From Dehalococcoidia bacterium (GTDB lineage Bacteria; Chloroflexota; Dehalococcoidia; Lucifugimonadales; JAAXIE01), in NCBI GenBank assembly GCA_965197805.1, contig OZ240229.1:2596445-2660444 (forward strand): DNA of 64,000 nt. Direction: 5' to 3'. Of the stretch, positions 1-9,502 are shown piece by piece. Position 1 is the first letter of the stretch, and each line of letters begins with the position of its first letter. The notes beneath the pieces were generated by a model. That model did no database searches. It was not told where the DNA came from and saw only the letters and a program-made list of their open reading frames with translations. Made by a program: the position numbers and the translations under genes.

Positions 1-71
1 CAAGTAATTCCTCATGGCCCTGTGACGGTCACGTGTGTGAATGGAGATGGCTGACGCCTTGGGGGGATGTG

Positions 72-201
72 GACCTGCCCAACAGTCCGGGCCGTGGGTC
101 CCCGCTTTCACGATAGGGGGCGCGAGGATGACGGGGGCGGGGGACGTTGATCTGCTGGGGCGCGACCTGCCCAACGGTCCAGGCCGTGGGTTCCCGCCTT
201 C
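72..201. repeat. Two tandem copies of a REP-like unit (gacctgcccaac-gtcc-ggccgtggg-tcccgc-ttc...gcgaggatgacgggg); the second copy is split by the IS
   Basis: Copy A spans 72-140. Copy B runs 164-201 and resumes at 1450-1468 after the IS. Confidence 0.7.
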
Positions 202-1445
202 GGAGACCTTTGCATAACTCCTGATTTGCTCCGACAATCGAGGCAGTGAGGTAGGGGGGAGGGAGCATGCATACGGAGATGAGCCAGGGATCATTGGCGG
301 AGACGTTGGTGTCGGCGAAGCTGGGGCAAAACCAGAGGTTGGAGCGAATCGACCGGGCTGTGGCGTGGGACAGGCTGGACAAGCTGGTAGAAGAGGTCTA
401 CTCGGCCAAGGAAGGCAGGCCCAGCTATCCGCCCCTGATGATGGTCCCCGATGATGGTCAAGGGTGTTGCTGCTGGAGCAGTGGTACAACCTCTCCGACC
501 CTCAGATGGAAGAGGCCTTGAACGCCTGCCCCCGACCGCGATCGGGGGACCGGATGGCCTTCCGTCGATTCGTGGGATTGGGATTCCAAAAGGACGCGCC
601 AGACTACTCCACCATCAGCCGGTTCCGCACCGCATTGGGAGAGGAGCTGAGTGCCCAGCTATTCGCGGAATTGGAGAGGCAGCTTGAGGAGCAGGGGATG
701 GTGCTGAAGCGTGGGACTCTGATGGACGCCACACTGGTACAGGCCCAAGTGCGACGCCCGCCTCTGGACAAGGGACGCGGGGCCAAGAGTCCTACCGACC
801 CCGATGCAGACTGGACCGGGTTCCAGCGTGGCAGTCGGTCCCACTTCGGCTACAAGGTGCATATTGGGGTGGATGAGGGGTCAGGCATCGTGCGTACGGC
901 AGTGTTCACTCCGGCCAAGACGTATGAGAGCGAGGTGGCGGAGGAACTGGTCAGTGGAGACGAGATGGCGGTCTACGGGGACAGGGCCTACCAGTCGAAA
1001 CGTAGACGCGATTGGCTGAAGTCCCAAGGGATCAAGGACCGTACTATGAATCGGGCCAACAAGCACCAGCCAGTGCTGCCTCACTGGCAGCAGCGTCGCA
1101 ATGAATTGATATCGCCGATACAGTCGAAGGTGGAGAAGGTGTTCGGGACGCTGAAGCGCAGCTATGGCTACCAACGTGTGCGATACCGTGGGACTAAGCG
1201 CAACGCCTTGGAGATGTGGTTCAAGCTGATGGCCTACAACCTGAGGAGGGCTGACCGGATTCGCCACGGTTCGGCCTAGGGGGCAGTGTGCCTAGGGGAC
1301 GAGAGACGGAAGGGAGTGCTCCCGAAGACAGGGCTTTGGGGGCTGTAGCCTGTGCCCTTTCACGGAGCAACGCCCATTAGGAAGAGCCTCAGCGGCTCCT
1401 ATGCCACCGTCTCGTGAGAAACTCACCGGTTAATCAAAGGTCTCC
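202..1445 (+). mobile_element. IS5-family insertion sequence with IS1106-like ends
   Basis: Terminal inverted repeats GGAGACCTTTGCATAAC (202-218) and GTTAATCAAAGGTCTCC (1429-1445). 4-bp direct repeat CTTC at 198-201 and 1446-1449. Encloses a DDE transposase. Confidence 0.9.
267..1279 (+). pseudogene. IS5-family DDE transposase, frameshifted near 440-463
   Basis: The N-terminus (GRPSYPPLMMV) is in ORF 267-521. The rest (LLLEQWYNLSD, DATLV, GYKVHIGVD, VYGDRAY, VEKVFG) is in ORF 464-1279. A duplicated gatgatggtc plus one extra G lies at the junction. Confidence 0.85.
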
Positions 1446-1548
1446 CTTCGCGAGGATGACGGGGCGGGTGCTTGCTGAGGCTTGGATAGCTTTTTCATAG
1501 CAATGACGGGGGCGGCTGATTGTTGAGGGTTGGGGCGGTTGTCTGCTC

Positions 1549-1580
1549 ACCCCCATCCTAACCTTCCCCTTGAGGGGGAC
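1549..1580. repeat. REP-like palindrome (ccccatcctaaccttcccc-tga-ggggga)
   Basis: Same family as the hairpin elements at about 27007-27045 and about 50211-50250. Confidence 0.55.
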
Positions 1581-1725
1581 GGGATTCGCGGGGGCTAACC
1601 TTCCGGCTGAGTGAGAAGGGATTCTCGGGGCGACCGGCTTCTTTGGCGGCTGGTTTTGTGGCGATTGTGTTGAGGCCTCTGGGGCCAGCTTTCAGGTCTC
1701 GAGCGTGGCGGTGGGAACAGGTACG

Positions 1726-1755
1726 TTGACACTCTTTTTGGCTACGACCCATAAT
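1726..1755 (+). promoter_or_regulatory. Sigma70-type promoter upstream of pncB
   Basis: TTGACA at 1726-1731, 18-bp spacer, CATAAT at 1750-1755. Confidence 0.55.
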
Positions 1756-1890
1756 GGGGCCGTATTAGACCACAAGGCATTCGGGGTCAGGCAGCTGAGC
1801 TCGTTCAAGCTCCCCAGAGGGGTCTCACGTCCAGCCTCGTACCTCCGAGACACGGAGCAAGGGGTGATATCACGGTAGCGGCGGGCTGAC

Positions 1891-3273
1891 ATGGTGTTGA
1901 ATGGCGCAGAGCTGGCTCTGCTCACGGACCTATATGAGCTGACCATGGCCCAATGCTACTTCCAGAACGGCATGTCGGGTCAGGCTACCTTCAGCCTGCA
2001 TGTGCGCACCGCACCTCCCGACCGGGGATACATGGTGTGCGCCGGTCTGGAGGAGGTGCTGCGATATTTGGAGGCGTGGCGCTTCTCCGACAGCGATATC
2101 GACCATCTAGCGGCATCGGGCATCTTCCAGCAGGATTTTCTGGACTTCCTGCCACAACTTCGATTTACCGGCGATGTGTGGGCCATGCCGGAAGGCCGGG
2201 TCTTCTTCCCTGAGGAGCCAATCCTAGAGGTGACCGGCCCGGTGATGGAAGCGCAGGCGGTGGAGACTTTCATCGTGAACCAGGTGCACCTGCAGTCGCT
2301 CATCGCCACCAAGGCGGCGCGTTGCGTATGGGCGGCCCGAGGGAGGGTGATCAGCGACTTTTCTCTGCGGCGCACCCACGGGGTGGATGCCGGGATGAAG
2401 GTAGCCCGGAGCAGCTACATCGGCGGGGCCCTCTCCACCAGTAACGTACTCGCTGGGAAGGTATATGGGATACCGCCCAGTGGCACCATGGCCCACTCGT
2501 TTGTCACGAGCTTCCCCAGTGAAATCGAGGCATTTCGCGCCTACGGCCGCAGTTTTCCCAACCGCTCCATCTTCCTTATAGATACGTACGACACCATCGC
2601 AGGGGCCTATCAGGCAGTGACCGCAGCCAAGGAGATGGAAGAGCGAGGGGACCGCCTTTTCGGGGTGCGTCTTGATAGTGGAGAGTTCGATCGCCTGAGC
2701 CGTGCGGTGAGGGCCATACTGGACGAGGCCGGTCTTGACTATGTGAAGATCGTGGCGAGCGGCGGGTTGGACGAGCACGACATCGCCCGGCTCACCGGCG
2801 CGGACGCCCCGATCGACATCTTCGGAGTTGGCACCCGCATGGGTGTTTCCGCCGACGCGCCGGCATCGGACATGGCTTATAAGATGGTGTCGTACCACGG
2901 CAATCCAGTGATGAAACTCAGCGAGGGGAAGGTATCGCTGCCTGCGGAAAAGCAGGTCTTCCGTATTAGGGATGGCTCTGGCCGCCTGTTGGAAGATGTC
3001 ATCGCGGAGCGGGATGCTGTGGGCATGACGGGCGAACCGCTATTGGAGAAGGTGATGGAGGGAGGCCGCAGGGTCGATGCCCAGCCCAGCCTCCAGGAAA
3101 TGCAGAAGCGTTTGCAGAACGATCTGGGTGCGCTAGACGACGCCTGCAAGACCATACAGCACCCGGGAGTTTATCCGGTGCGCCTCAGCCCGGCACTGGA
3201 ACGACTGAGGCAGACGACTGAACAGGAGTTGCGCACCAAGGTTGGGGCTTTGGCGCATGAAGGACAAACATGA
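1891..3273 (+). CDS. pncB: Nicotinate phosphoribosyltransferase
   Basis: Motifs LLTDLYELTM, DFSLRRTHG, GTMAHSFV, LIDTYD, GVRLDSG, ASGGLDE, FGVGT. Confidence 0.95.
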   Translation: MVLNGAELALLTDLYELTMAQCYFQNGMSGQATFSLHVRTAPPDRGYMVCAGLEEVLRYLEAWRFSDSDIDHLAASGIFQQDFLDFLPQLRFTGDVWAMPEGRVFFPEEPILEVTGPVMEAQAVETFIVNQVHLQSLIATKAARCVWAARGRVISDFSLRRTHGVDAGMKVARSSYIGGALSTSNVLAGKVYGIPPSGTMAHSFVTSFPSEIEAFRAYGRSFPNRSIFLIDTYDTIAGAYQAVTAAKEMEERGDRLFGVRLDSGEFDRLSRAVRAILDEAGLDYVKIVASGGLDEHDIARLTGADAPIDIFGVGTRMGVSADAPASDMAYKMVSYHGNPVMKLSEGKVSLPAEKQVFRIRDGSGRLLEDVIAERDAVGMTGEPLLEKVMEGGRRVDAQPSLQEMQKRLQNDLGALDDACKTIQHPGVYPVRLSPALERLRQTTEQELRTKVGALAHEGQT

Positions 3274-5096
3274 AAGTAGCAGTGTGCATCAAGCAGGTCC
3301 CTGTGCTATCGAGGGTCACGTTCGACTACGAGACCAAGACCATCGTGCGGGAAGGCGTGCCCCTAGAGGTCAACTCCTATGACATGCTGGCCGTAGACCG
3401 GGCAGCCAAGCTAAAGGAGCAGACGAACACAGAGGTGCTGGCCATCACCATGGGGCCTCCTCAAGCCAGGGATGCCTTGGTGCAATGCCTCGCCATGGGG
3501 GCTGACAGGGGCATCCTGCTTACCGACCGGATCATGGCGGGGTCGGACACTCTGGCCACGGCGCGCACTTTGGCGATGGCACTGGAGCAGGAGGCCTGCG
3601 ACCTGATTTTCTGTGGTCGCCACTCCACCGATGCGGAGACGGGACAGGTCGGGCCGGAGCTGGCCGAGTTGATGGGTCTTCCCCATGTGAGCAATGTGTA
3701 CAAGCTGGACTGGGAGGCGGGATCCAACACGGTATTGGCCGAGCGGGAGACGGACGACGGTCACGAGGTCGTGCGCTGCCCGCTGCCAGCAGTCATATGC
3801 GTCAGCGAGGGCATCATGCCCGAAAGATTCCCCAACCGGGATGACATGGAGGCAGGACGGCAGAAGCCCATCGTGGAGGTGGGGGCGGACGCCTTGTCGC
3901 CTGAGCCATCGCTATTCGGGTCCGCGGGCTCGCCCACTTGGGTGGCCGATATACAGATTCTCCAGTCCTCCCGCCTAGCCGAGGTGGTGGAAGAGGAAGA
4001 CCGGGACGCCGCCGTGCGCCGGGTAGCCGATGCTTTCGCCGAACGGGAACCGCCGGAGGCGACGCCTGCGTTGACCGGACTTCCGCGCTATCCCGGACGA
4101 CAGGCTGAGGCGATATGGGTGGTGGTGGAGACTCCACCTGCGGGCTTGCGCACTTCCACCTACCAGCTTTTGGGCAAGGCCTGCCAGCTATCCCAATACA
4201 CCTCCAGCGAGGTCGCGGCGATAGTTATCGGATTTGGGGACGACGAGACGTTCCGGGCGCTGGCCGCCCATGGGGCGGACCGAATCATTGCATTGGACGA
4301 CTCGGAGGTGGGCCATCCCACCAGCAACAGCTACGCCGACTCCCTGTCGGGCTTGGTGCTGGACCGGCAACCCTACGCCATGCTGCTACAGGCCGATGCC
4401 AATGGGCGAGACATCGCGTCCCGCGTGGCGGCCCGTCTAGGCTTGGGTCTCACGGGCGACTGCGTCGACCTTGAAATCAACGACCAGATGGAGCTGGTAC
4501 AGATGAAGCCCGCGTTGGGGGGGAACGTCGTCGCCCCCATCTACTCCAAGACCAAGCCCTACCTCAGCACACTGCGTCCGGGCCTACTCACGCCCATAGA
4601 GCCCGACTGGTCGAAGGAAGCATTCATTGAGCATATGACTGCGGCTAGGGGGCCGACCCCGGATGTAGAACTGGTGGAACGCCATATCAACGAGGACGTC
4701 CAAGGCGTCGAATTGGAAAGCGCCCGCATAGTCATAGGCGTGGGCAAAGGCGTTGGTGGCCCGGAGAATGTACCAGCCATTACCAAGCTGGCAGAGTCCA
4801 TCGGCGCATCGGTTGTGTGCACCCGCGACGTAGCCGATGTGGGGTGGATGCCTCGCCAGACCCAGGTAGGCCTCACGGGCAAGGCCATAGCCCCAGAGCT
4901 GTACATTGCTGTTGGCATACGGGGCGACTTCAACCACATGGTGGGTGTGCAGAAGGCAGGCACCATCATAGCCATCAATAACAACAACAATGCCCGCCGC
5001 GTTCCCATACTGAATAGTGCCGACTACACCATCATAGGGGACTGGCAGGAAGTGCTTGAACCTCTGGTGGAGGCCCTGCGACCTCATCTGACCTAG
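3270..5096 (+). CDS. Fused electron transfer flavoprotein, beta + alpha subunits
   Basis: N-half has MKVAVCIKQVP, GSDTLATA and DAETGQVGP (EtfB). C-half has GLTGDC, IGVGKG, QVGLTG and YIAVGIRG (EtfA). No internal stop. Confidence 0.92.
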   Translation: MKVAVCIKQVPVLSRVTFDYETKTIVREGVPLEVNSYDMLAVDRAAKLKEQTNTEVLAITMGPPQARDALVQCLAMGADRGILLTDRIMAGSDTLATARTLAMALEQEACDLIFCGRHSTDAETGQVGPELAELMGLPHVSNVYKLDWEAGSNTVLAERETDDGHEVVRCPLPAVICVSEGIMPERFPNRDDMEAGRQKPIVEVGADALSPEPSLFGSAGSPTWVADIQILQSSRLAEVVEEEDRDAAVRRVADAFAEREPPEATPALTGLPRYPGRQAEAIWVVVETPPAGLRTSTYQLLGKACQLSQYTSSEVAAIVIGFGDDETFRALAAHGADRIIALDDSEVGHPTSNSYADSLSGLVLDRQPYAMLLQADANGRDIASRVAARLGLGLTGDCVDLEINDQMELVQMKPALGGNVVAPIYSKTKPYLSTLRPGLLTPIEPDWSKEAFIEHMTAARGPTPDVELVERHINEDVQGVELESARIVIGVGKGVGGPENVPAITKLAESIGASVVCTRDVADVGWMPRQTQVGLTGKAIAPELYIAVGIRGDFNHMVGVQKAGTIIAINNNNNARRVPILNSADYTIIGDWQEVLEPLVEALRPHLT

Positions 5097-5192
5097 ATGC
5101 GGGAGCTAGATACGCCAGCTATGTGCACGGGCTAGGCACCCGCCGAGCTAGGCGAGTCCTGCTGATACCAAAACCAACACGGAAAGACGAAG

Positions 5193-6005
5193 ATGGCACA
5201 GCCCCAGACAATGCAGAAGACAGGCGCACTGGAAGCCATCGTCAAGCGCGATCGGCTGGTGATCGCGATCTGCCTGCTGGGCATCGCCGGCTTGGCTTGG
5301 GCCTACACCGTAAACCTAGCCAGCAGCATGGGCAACGACGGCAGCATGGCGATGTCTATGGGCACGGCCAACACCACGGCGTGGACTGCCACCGATTTCT
5401 GGGCACAGTTCGTCATGTGGTCCGTGATGATGTTCGCCATGATGATTCCCTCGGCGGCCCCCATGATCATGGTATTCGCCACGGTCAATCGCAGGAGACG
5501 GGAGAACGCGGACCCCTACGTCCCCACCTTCGTGTTCCTGCTGGGCTACCTGATACTGTGGGCGTCCTTTTCGGCGGCGGCAGCCTCTGCGCAGTGGGGG
5601 CTGCACCAAGCAGCACTGCTCTCCTCGATGATGGGATCCAGCACCAGTGCAATACTGGGAGGCTCGATACTGCTGGCCGCTGGCATATTCCAGTGGACAC
5701 CCCTGAAGTACACCTGCCTCAAGCAATGTCGCTCGCCGCTGGGGTTCCTGATGAACGACTGGCGCGACGGGTACAGCGGAGCGTTGGCCATGGGCCTCAA
5801 GCACGGCGTGTTCTGCGTGGCCTGCTGCTGGGTGCTGATGGCCCTGCTGTTCGTCACCGGCGTGATGAACCTGCTGTGGGTTGCCGTCATCGCCGGTTTT
5901 GTGCTGCTCGAGAAGCTGGCGCCCAAAGGGCAATGGGTCGGCTGGGGCGCTGGACTGGTGCTGATAGGACTGGCTGGCTGGACATACGCCGGAGGACTGA
6001 ACTAA
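5193..6005 (+). CDS. DUF2182-type predicted metal-binding integral membrane protein
   Basis: Met-rich MWSVMMFAMMIPS, YLILW, FQWTPLKYTCLKQCRSP, CVACCWVLM, MNLLW, LLEK. Confidence 0.85.
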   Translation: MAQPQTMQKTGALEAIVKRDRLVIAICLLGIAGLAWAYTVNLASSMGNDGSMAMSMGTANTTAWTATDFWAQFVMWSVMMFAMMIPSAAPMIMVFATVNRRRRENADPYVPTFVFLLGYLILWASFSAAAASAQWGLHQAALLSSMMGSSTSAILGGSILLAAGIFQWTPLKYTCLKQCRSPLGFLMNDWRDGYSGALAMGLKHGVFCVACCWVLMALLFVTGVMNLLWVAVIAGFVLLEKLAPKGQWVGWGAGLVLIGLAGWTYAGGLN

Positions 6006-6094
6006 CGGACTTCTACTGAAGCCGATGCAAGAAGCTTCGCGGTTTTCTATTCGCGATTGCCTATCTAAAGGAACAACAATTATAGGGAGGTAGT

Positions 6095-6946
6095 ATGTGC
6101 GCCCAACTGTCTGACCTAGTATTCGAGTCCGAGCCACGCACTATAGGTCACGGGTTCAAGTTTACGGAGGGACCGCTGTGGCACCCCAACGGGTTCCTGC
6201 TCTTCACCGACATCCCGGCCAACACCATCTACAGATGGGAGCCGGGCGGGCAGGTGCTGGCGTACCTCAAGCCGAGCGGCAATGCCAACGGCCTCACCTT
6301 CGACAAGCAGGGCAACCTGCTGGCCTGCGAGCACGGCGGGCGCCGTGTCTCCCGCATGGGGGCCGACGGGCAGATGAACAACGTGGCCGACAGCTATGAC
6401 GGCAAGAAGCTGAACAGCCCCAACGACATAGTGTGCCACTCAAGTGGCCGCATCTACTTCACCGACCCGCCTTACGGCATCGACCCCGACCCAGGCGAGC
6501 AGGGCTGCAACGGAGTCTATCGCGCCGACCCTGACGGCTCCGTACACCGCCTGTTCGACGACTTCGGCCGCCCCAACGGCGTCGCCCTGTCTCCCGACGA
6601 GTCGCTGCTTTATGTCAACGACACTGTCAACCGCAACATCAGGGTAAGCGATGTGAACGGTGATGGCTCGGTGAGCAACGACCGGGTTTTCATCGACATG
6701 AACGTGGAGGCAACGGGCAGCCCCGACGGCATGAAAGTGGACGTTGACGGCAACATCTACTGTACCGGGGGCGGTGGCATCTGGGTCATCGACGCCCAGG
6801 GCAACCACCTTGGCACCATACCTGTACCCCACCAGCCGACGAACCTTGCCTTCGGCAACATCGACATGATGACGCTGTACATCACGGCTAGGCCAGTGAT
6901 ATGCGCCATCCAGTTGAGGGTGCCTGGCGTCAGCGCTCTTAGTTAG
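6095..6946 (+). CDS. SMP-30/gluconolactonase family protein
   Basis: FTEGPLW, FTDIP, NSPND, FTDPPYG, PNGVALSPDE, PDGMKVD. Confidence 0.92.
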   Translation: MCAQLSDLVFESEPRTIGHGFKFTEGPLWHPNGFLLFTDIPANTIYRWEPGGQVLAYLKPSGNANGLTFDKQGNLLACEHGGRRVSRMGADGQMNNVADSYDGKKLNSPNDIVCHSSGRIYFTDPPYGIDPDPGEQGCNGVYRADPDGSVHRLFDDFGRPNGVALSPDESLLYVNDTVNRNIRVSDVNGDGSVSNDRVFIDMNVEATGSPDGMKVDVDGNIYCTGGGGIWVIDAQGNHLGTIPVPHQPTNLAFGNIDMMTLYITARPVICAIQLRVPGVSALS

Positions 6947-6983
6947 TCGTCTAGGTTAGTCTGTTGGGACTAGTCTGCTGGTT

Positions 6984-8252
6984 CTAGCCTGCTGGAACTG
7001 GGGCGAGGGCGGCGGATAGCTGGTTGACTACTGGCACGCCGCCCTTCATCACGAGGCGCAGCTTGCCGGTGTCCTGTAACAGGCGCACATCCTGCAGGGG
7101 GTCGCCGTCGATGGCGATGAGGTCGGCCAGCTTGCCCTGTTGCACGGTGCCGATGTCGGCTTGCATATCCAGGCACTCGGCGGCCACTCCGGTGGCCGCC
7201 TGAATGGCTTGCATCGGTGTCATGCCTGCGTCCACCAAGCACTCGATCTCCCGGGCGTTGTGGGGGTGATCCCAAGCGCCGGCGTCGGTGCCGGCGACAA
7301 CCTTCACGCCTAGGGAGACGGCGCGGCGCAGGCTTTTGGCATGGTGCTCCTTCAGCGCTTGGGCGCGCACCCGGCCGTGGGGCGTTCCTTGGGTACCGTG
7401 GTAGACGTAGACGGTGAAGGTGGGGACGAAGAAGATGCCCTTATCCGCCATCATCGGAAGCAGGTCGGGGTCTTCATCTAGATACGTGCCGTGCTCGATG
7501 GAGTGAACGCCAGCCTCAATGGCCATGCGTAGCCCAGGCCCGCCGAGGGCGTGGCACATGGCGCGCCGCCCCAAGGCGTTGGCTTCACGCACCAGCATGT
7601 CGATCTCATCGCGGTCGAACTCAACCTCTTTGGGACCGTGCCCTACGCGGCTGGATGCGCCGCCGGTGGTGGCAAACTTGACCACATCGGCCCCGGCACG
7701 AACCATCTCCCTCACCTTACGCCGCACGTCGTCCACCCCGGTGGCCACGCCATCGGGCAGGTTGGGGTCGATATAGCCGTGGGGCTGCATGCATGAGTGG
7801 CCTGAAGGCGACACCCGGTCGGCGAGACCGCCGATGGGTGAGATGGGGCTGGTGGCCAGCACCAAGCGCGGTCCAGAAATCAGCTTCTGCTCGATGGCCT
7901 GCTTGAAGCCTACGTCCAGCCACCCTCCATCGCGGACGGTGGTATAGCCAGTCCGCAGCACCTGCTCCAACACCGTGGCGGTGCGCACATGCGCAGTGCT
8001 GATAGGCTCGGCCAAGGCGAACCGCTCAGCGAGGCTGGTGCCATGGGAGGATAGGTGGTCGTGGCAGTCGATGAGTCCAGGCATGAGGGTGAGACCCGTC
8101 AGGTCGTAGGTGGTCGCGCCGGGAGGAATCGTGACAGCGGCGCGGGGCCCGACCTCCTCGATACGTCCGGCATCGTTCAATACCACGGCCATGTCGTCCA
8201 CGGGCGGCTGTCCGGTGCCGTCGATAAGGGTCGCGCCCAACAACGCCTGCAT
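6984..8252 (-). CDS. Metal-dependent amidohydrolase (Xaa-Pro dipeptidase-like)
   Basis: PGLIDCHDH, VVK, CHA, SIEHG, AGTDAG, GKLADLIA. Confidence 0.9.
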   Translation of the reverse strand: MQALLGATLIDGTGQPPVDDMAVVLNDAGRIEEVGPRAAVTIPPGATTYDLTGLTLMPGLIDCHDHLSSHGTSLAERFALAEPISTAHVRTATVLEQVLRTGYTTVRDGGWLDVGFKQAIEQKLISGPRLVLATSPISPIGGLADRVSPSGHSCMQPHGYIDPNLPDGVATGVDDVRRKVREMVRAGADVVKFATTGGASSRVGHGPKEVEFDRDEIDMLVREANALGRRAMCHALGGPGLRMAIEAGVHSIEHGTYLDEDPDLLPMMADKGIFFVPTFTVYVYHGTQGTPHGRVRAQALKEHHAKSLRRAVSLGVKVVAGTDAGAWDHPHNAREIECLVDAGMTPMQAIQAATGVAAECLDMQADIGTVQQGKLADLIAIDGDPLQDVRLLQDTGKLRLVMKGGVPVVNQLSAALAPVPAG

Positions 8253-8419
8253 AGCTCGCCTCCTATACCAGCTTCTAGGGTGGATGCGAGAGGATGCTAT
8301 GTACAGCGGTGGGGAGGTGTCAAGTAAACGGATGGGGGCACCCTGCCCGTTTACACCCTGGAACCTGGTGGCGATAATTGACTCATCGCTCTATAACATC
8401 GATGCAAGAAAGAAGCGCC

Positions 8420-8674
8420 ATGCTGTATGACACAGCCCCTTTCAAGACTATGGCCAGAATGCTGGAGGGGATCGAGGTAGACCCCAAGATATGTGAGGGA
8501 AAGCCTCGGCTCCAGGGTACTGAAATCACCGTGGAGTCCATCCTCAACCTGATCGCGGACGGCTACGACACGCCCGACATAACCCGCATGCACCCCGAGT
8601 TGGAAGATGTGCATGTACGGCGTTGCGCTCGGTACGCCGTGTGGCTCATCGAGCACCCGGACCTGGCTCTTTGA
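8420..8674 (+). CDS. DUF433 antitoxin-like protein
   Basis: DPKICEGKPRLQGTEITVESIL...HPEL. ATG at 8420 preferred over 8378. Confidence 0.8.
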   Translation: MLYDTAPFKTMARMLEGIEVDPKICEGKPRLQGTEITVESILNLIADGYDTPDITRMHPELEDVHVRRCARYAVWLIEHPDLAL

Positions 8675-8734
8675 CGTTCAACACCACCTTCCGACCAGAC
8701 TGCGACTGAGGCACCGCCCACAGAGAGGAGAGCA

Positions 8735-8995
8735 ATGACACAGACCGGACCCGCCAAGCACGATGCTGCCGACTTGTGGGACCGTCTGAACTCCGACCCG
8801 GCTTACTGCGGAGGGAGAATCCGTGTGAAGGGCACCCGTTACACCGTGGCGTTAATCCTCGGCCTCATTGCCAGCGGGTACGAAGTGGCGGACATCCTGA
8901 AAGAGTACCCTGGTCTGGAAGACGCTGACATACGTCAATGCGCTAGGTGGGGCGCTTGGGAGACCAGCTATCAGACTATGGACATCACCTACTGA
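8735..8995 (+). CDS. DUF433 antitoxin-like protein (second copy)
   Basis: DPAYCGGRIRVKGTRYTVALIL...EYPGLEDADI. Confidence 0.85.
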   Translation: MTQTGPAKHDAADLWDRLNSDPAYCGGRIRVKGTRYTVALILGLIASGYEVADILKEYPGLEDADIRQCARWGAWETSYQTMDITY

Positions 8996-9364
8996 ATGAG
9001 GTTCATAGTAGACCTGAATATATCCCCGCGCACGCTGGCCATGCTCAACAATACAGGACATGATGCCATATCAGCCGAGGCTCTTATGCATCCAACCTCG
9101 CCAGACACCGACATAGTCGCAAGGGCTATCGAGCAACGTCGTACAGTTTTGACAATGGACGTAGGCATCTCGGAGATCGTCGTCAAGTCCGGCAGGAGGG
9201 AACCGTCCCTGGTCCTCATACGGATGGACCGCTCGCCTGTCGAAGACATTAATCGGGCGTTGGTGTCGACGCTGCCTGATGCGGAAGACGCACTGTTGCA
9301 GGGCGCAATCGTCTCCATCGACGGCATTCGCCATAGAACACGTCCCCTACCTGTGCACTACTAG
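8996..9364 (+). CDS. DUF5615 PIN-like toxin
   Basis: MRFIVDLNIS, D-DIV, VLTMD. Directly abuts the DUF433 gene. Confidence 0.85.
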   Translation: MRFIVDLNISPRTLAMLNNTGHDAISAEALMHPTSPDTDIVARAIEQRRTVLTMDVGISEIVVKSGRREPSLVLIRMDRSPVEDINRALVSTLPDAEDALLQGAIVSIDGIRHRTRPLPVHY

Positions 9365-9440
9365 GTAGGCTTTACCAGGCAGCCCGCACCCTGATCCTCA
9401 CCCCGGGCCTCGTCGCGTCACCTCGCACTGCCACTTCGGA

Positions 9441-9470
9441 TTGACGCCCCCCAAGGGGGGCGGCTACACT
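9441..9470 (+). promoter_or_regulatory. Sigma70-type promoter for the MBL-gcv operon
   Basis: TTGACG at 9441-9446, 18-bp spacer containing a GC palindrome, TACACT at 9465-9470. Confidence 0.45.
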
Positions 9471-9502
9471 CGCACCACGATAGAAGCACCGGGAGGTGTA
9501 GC

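Noticed and set aside
1756-1890. NAD-related riboswitch or operator before pncB
   Set aside because: No recognisable conserved motif. GAAC-N2-GTAC at 1715-1724 has the wrong spacing for LexA.
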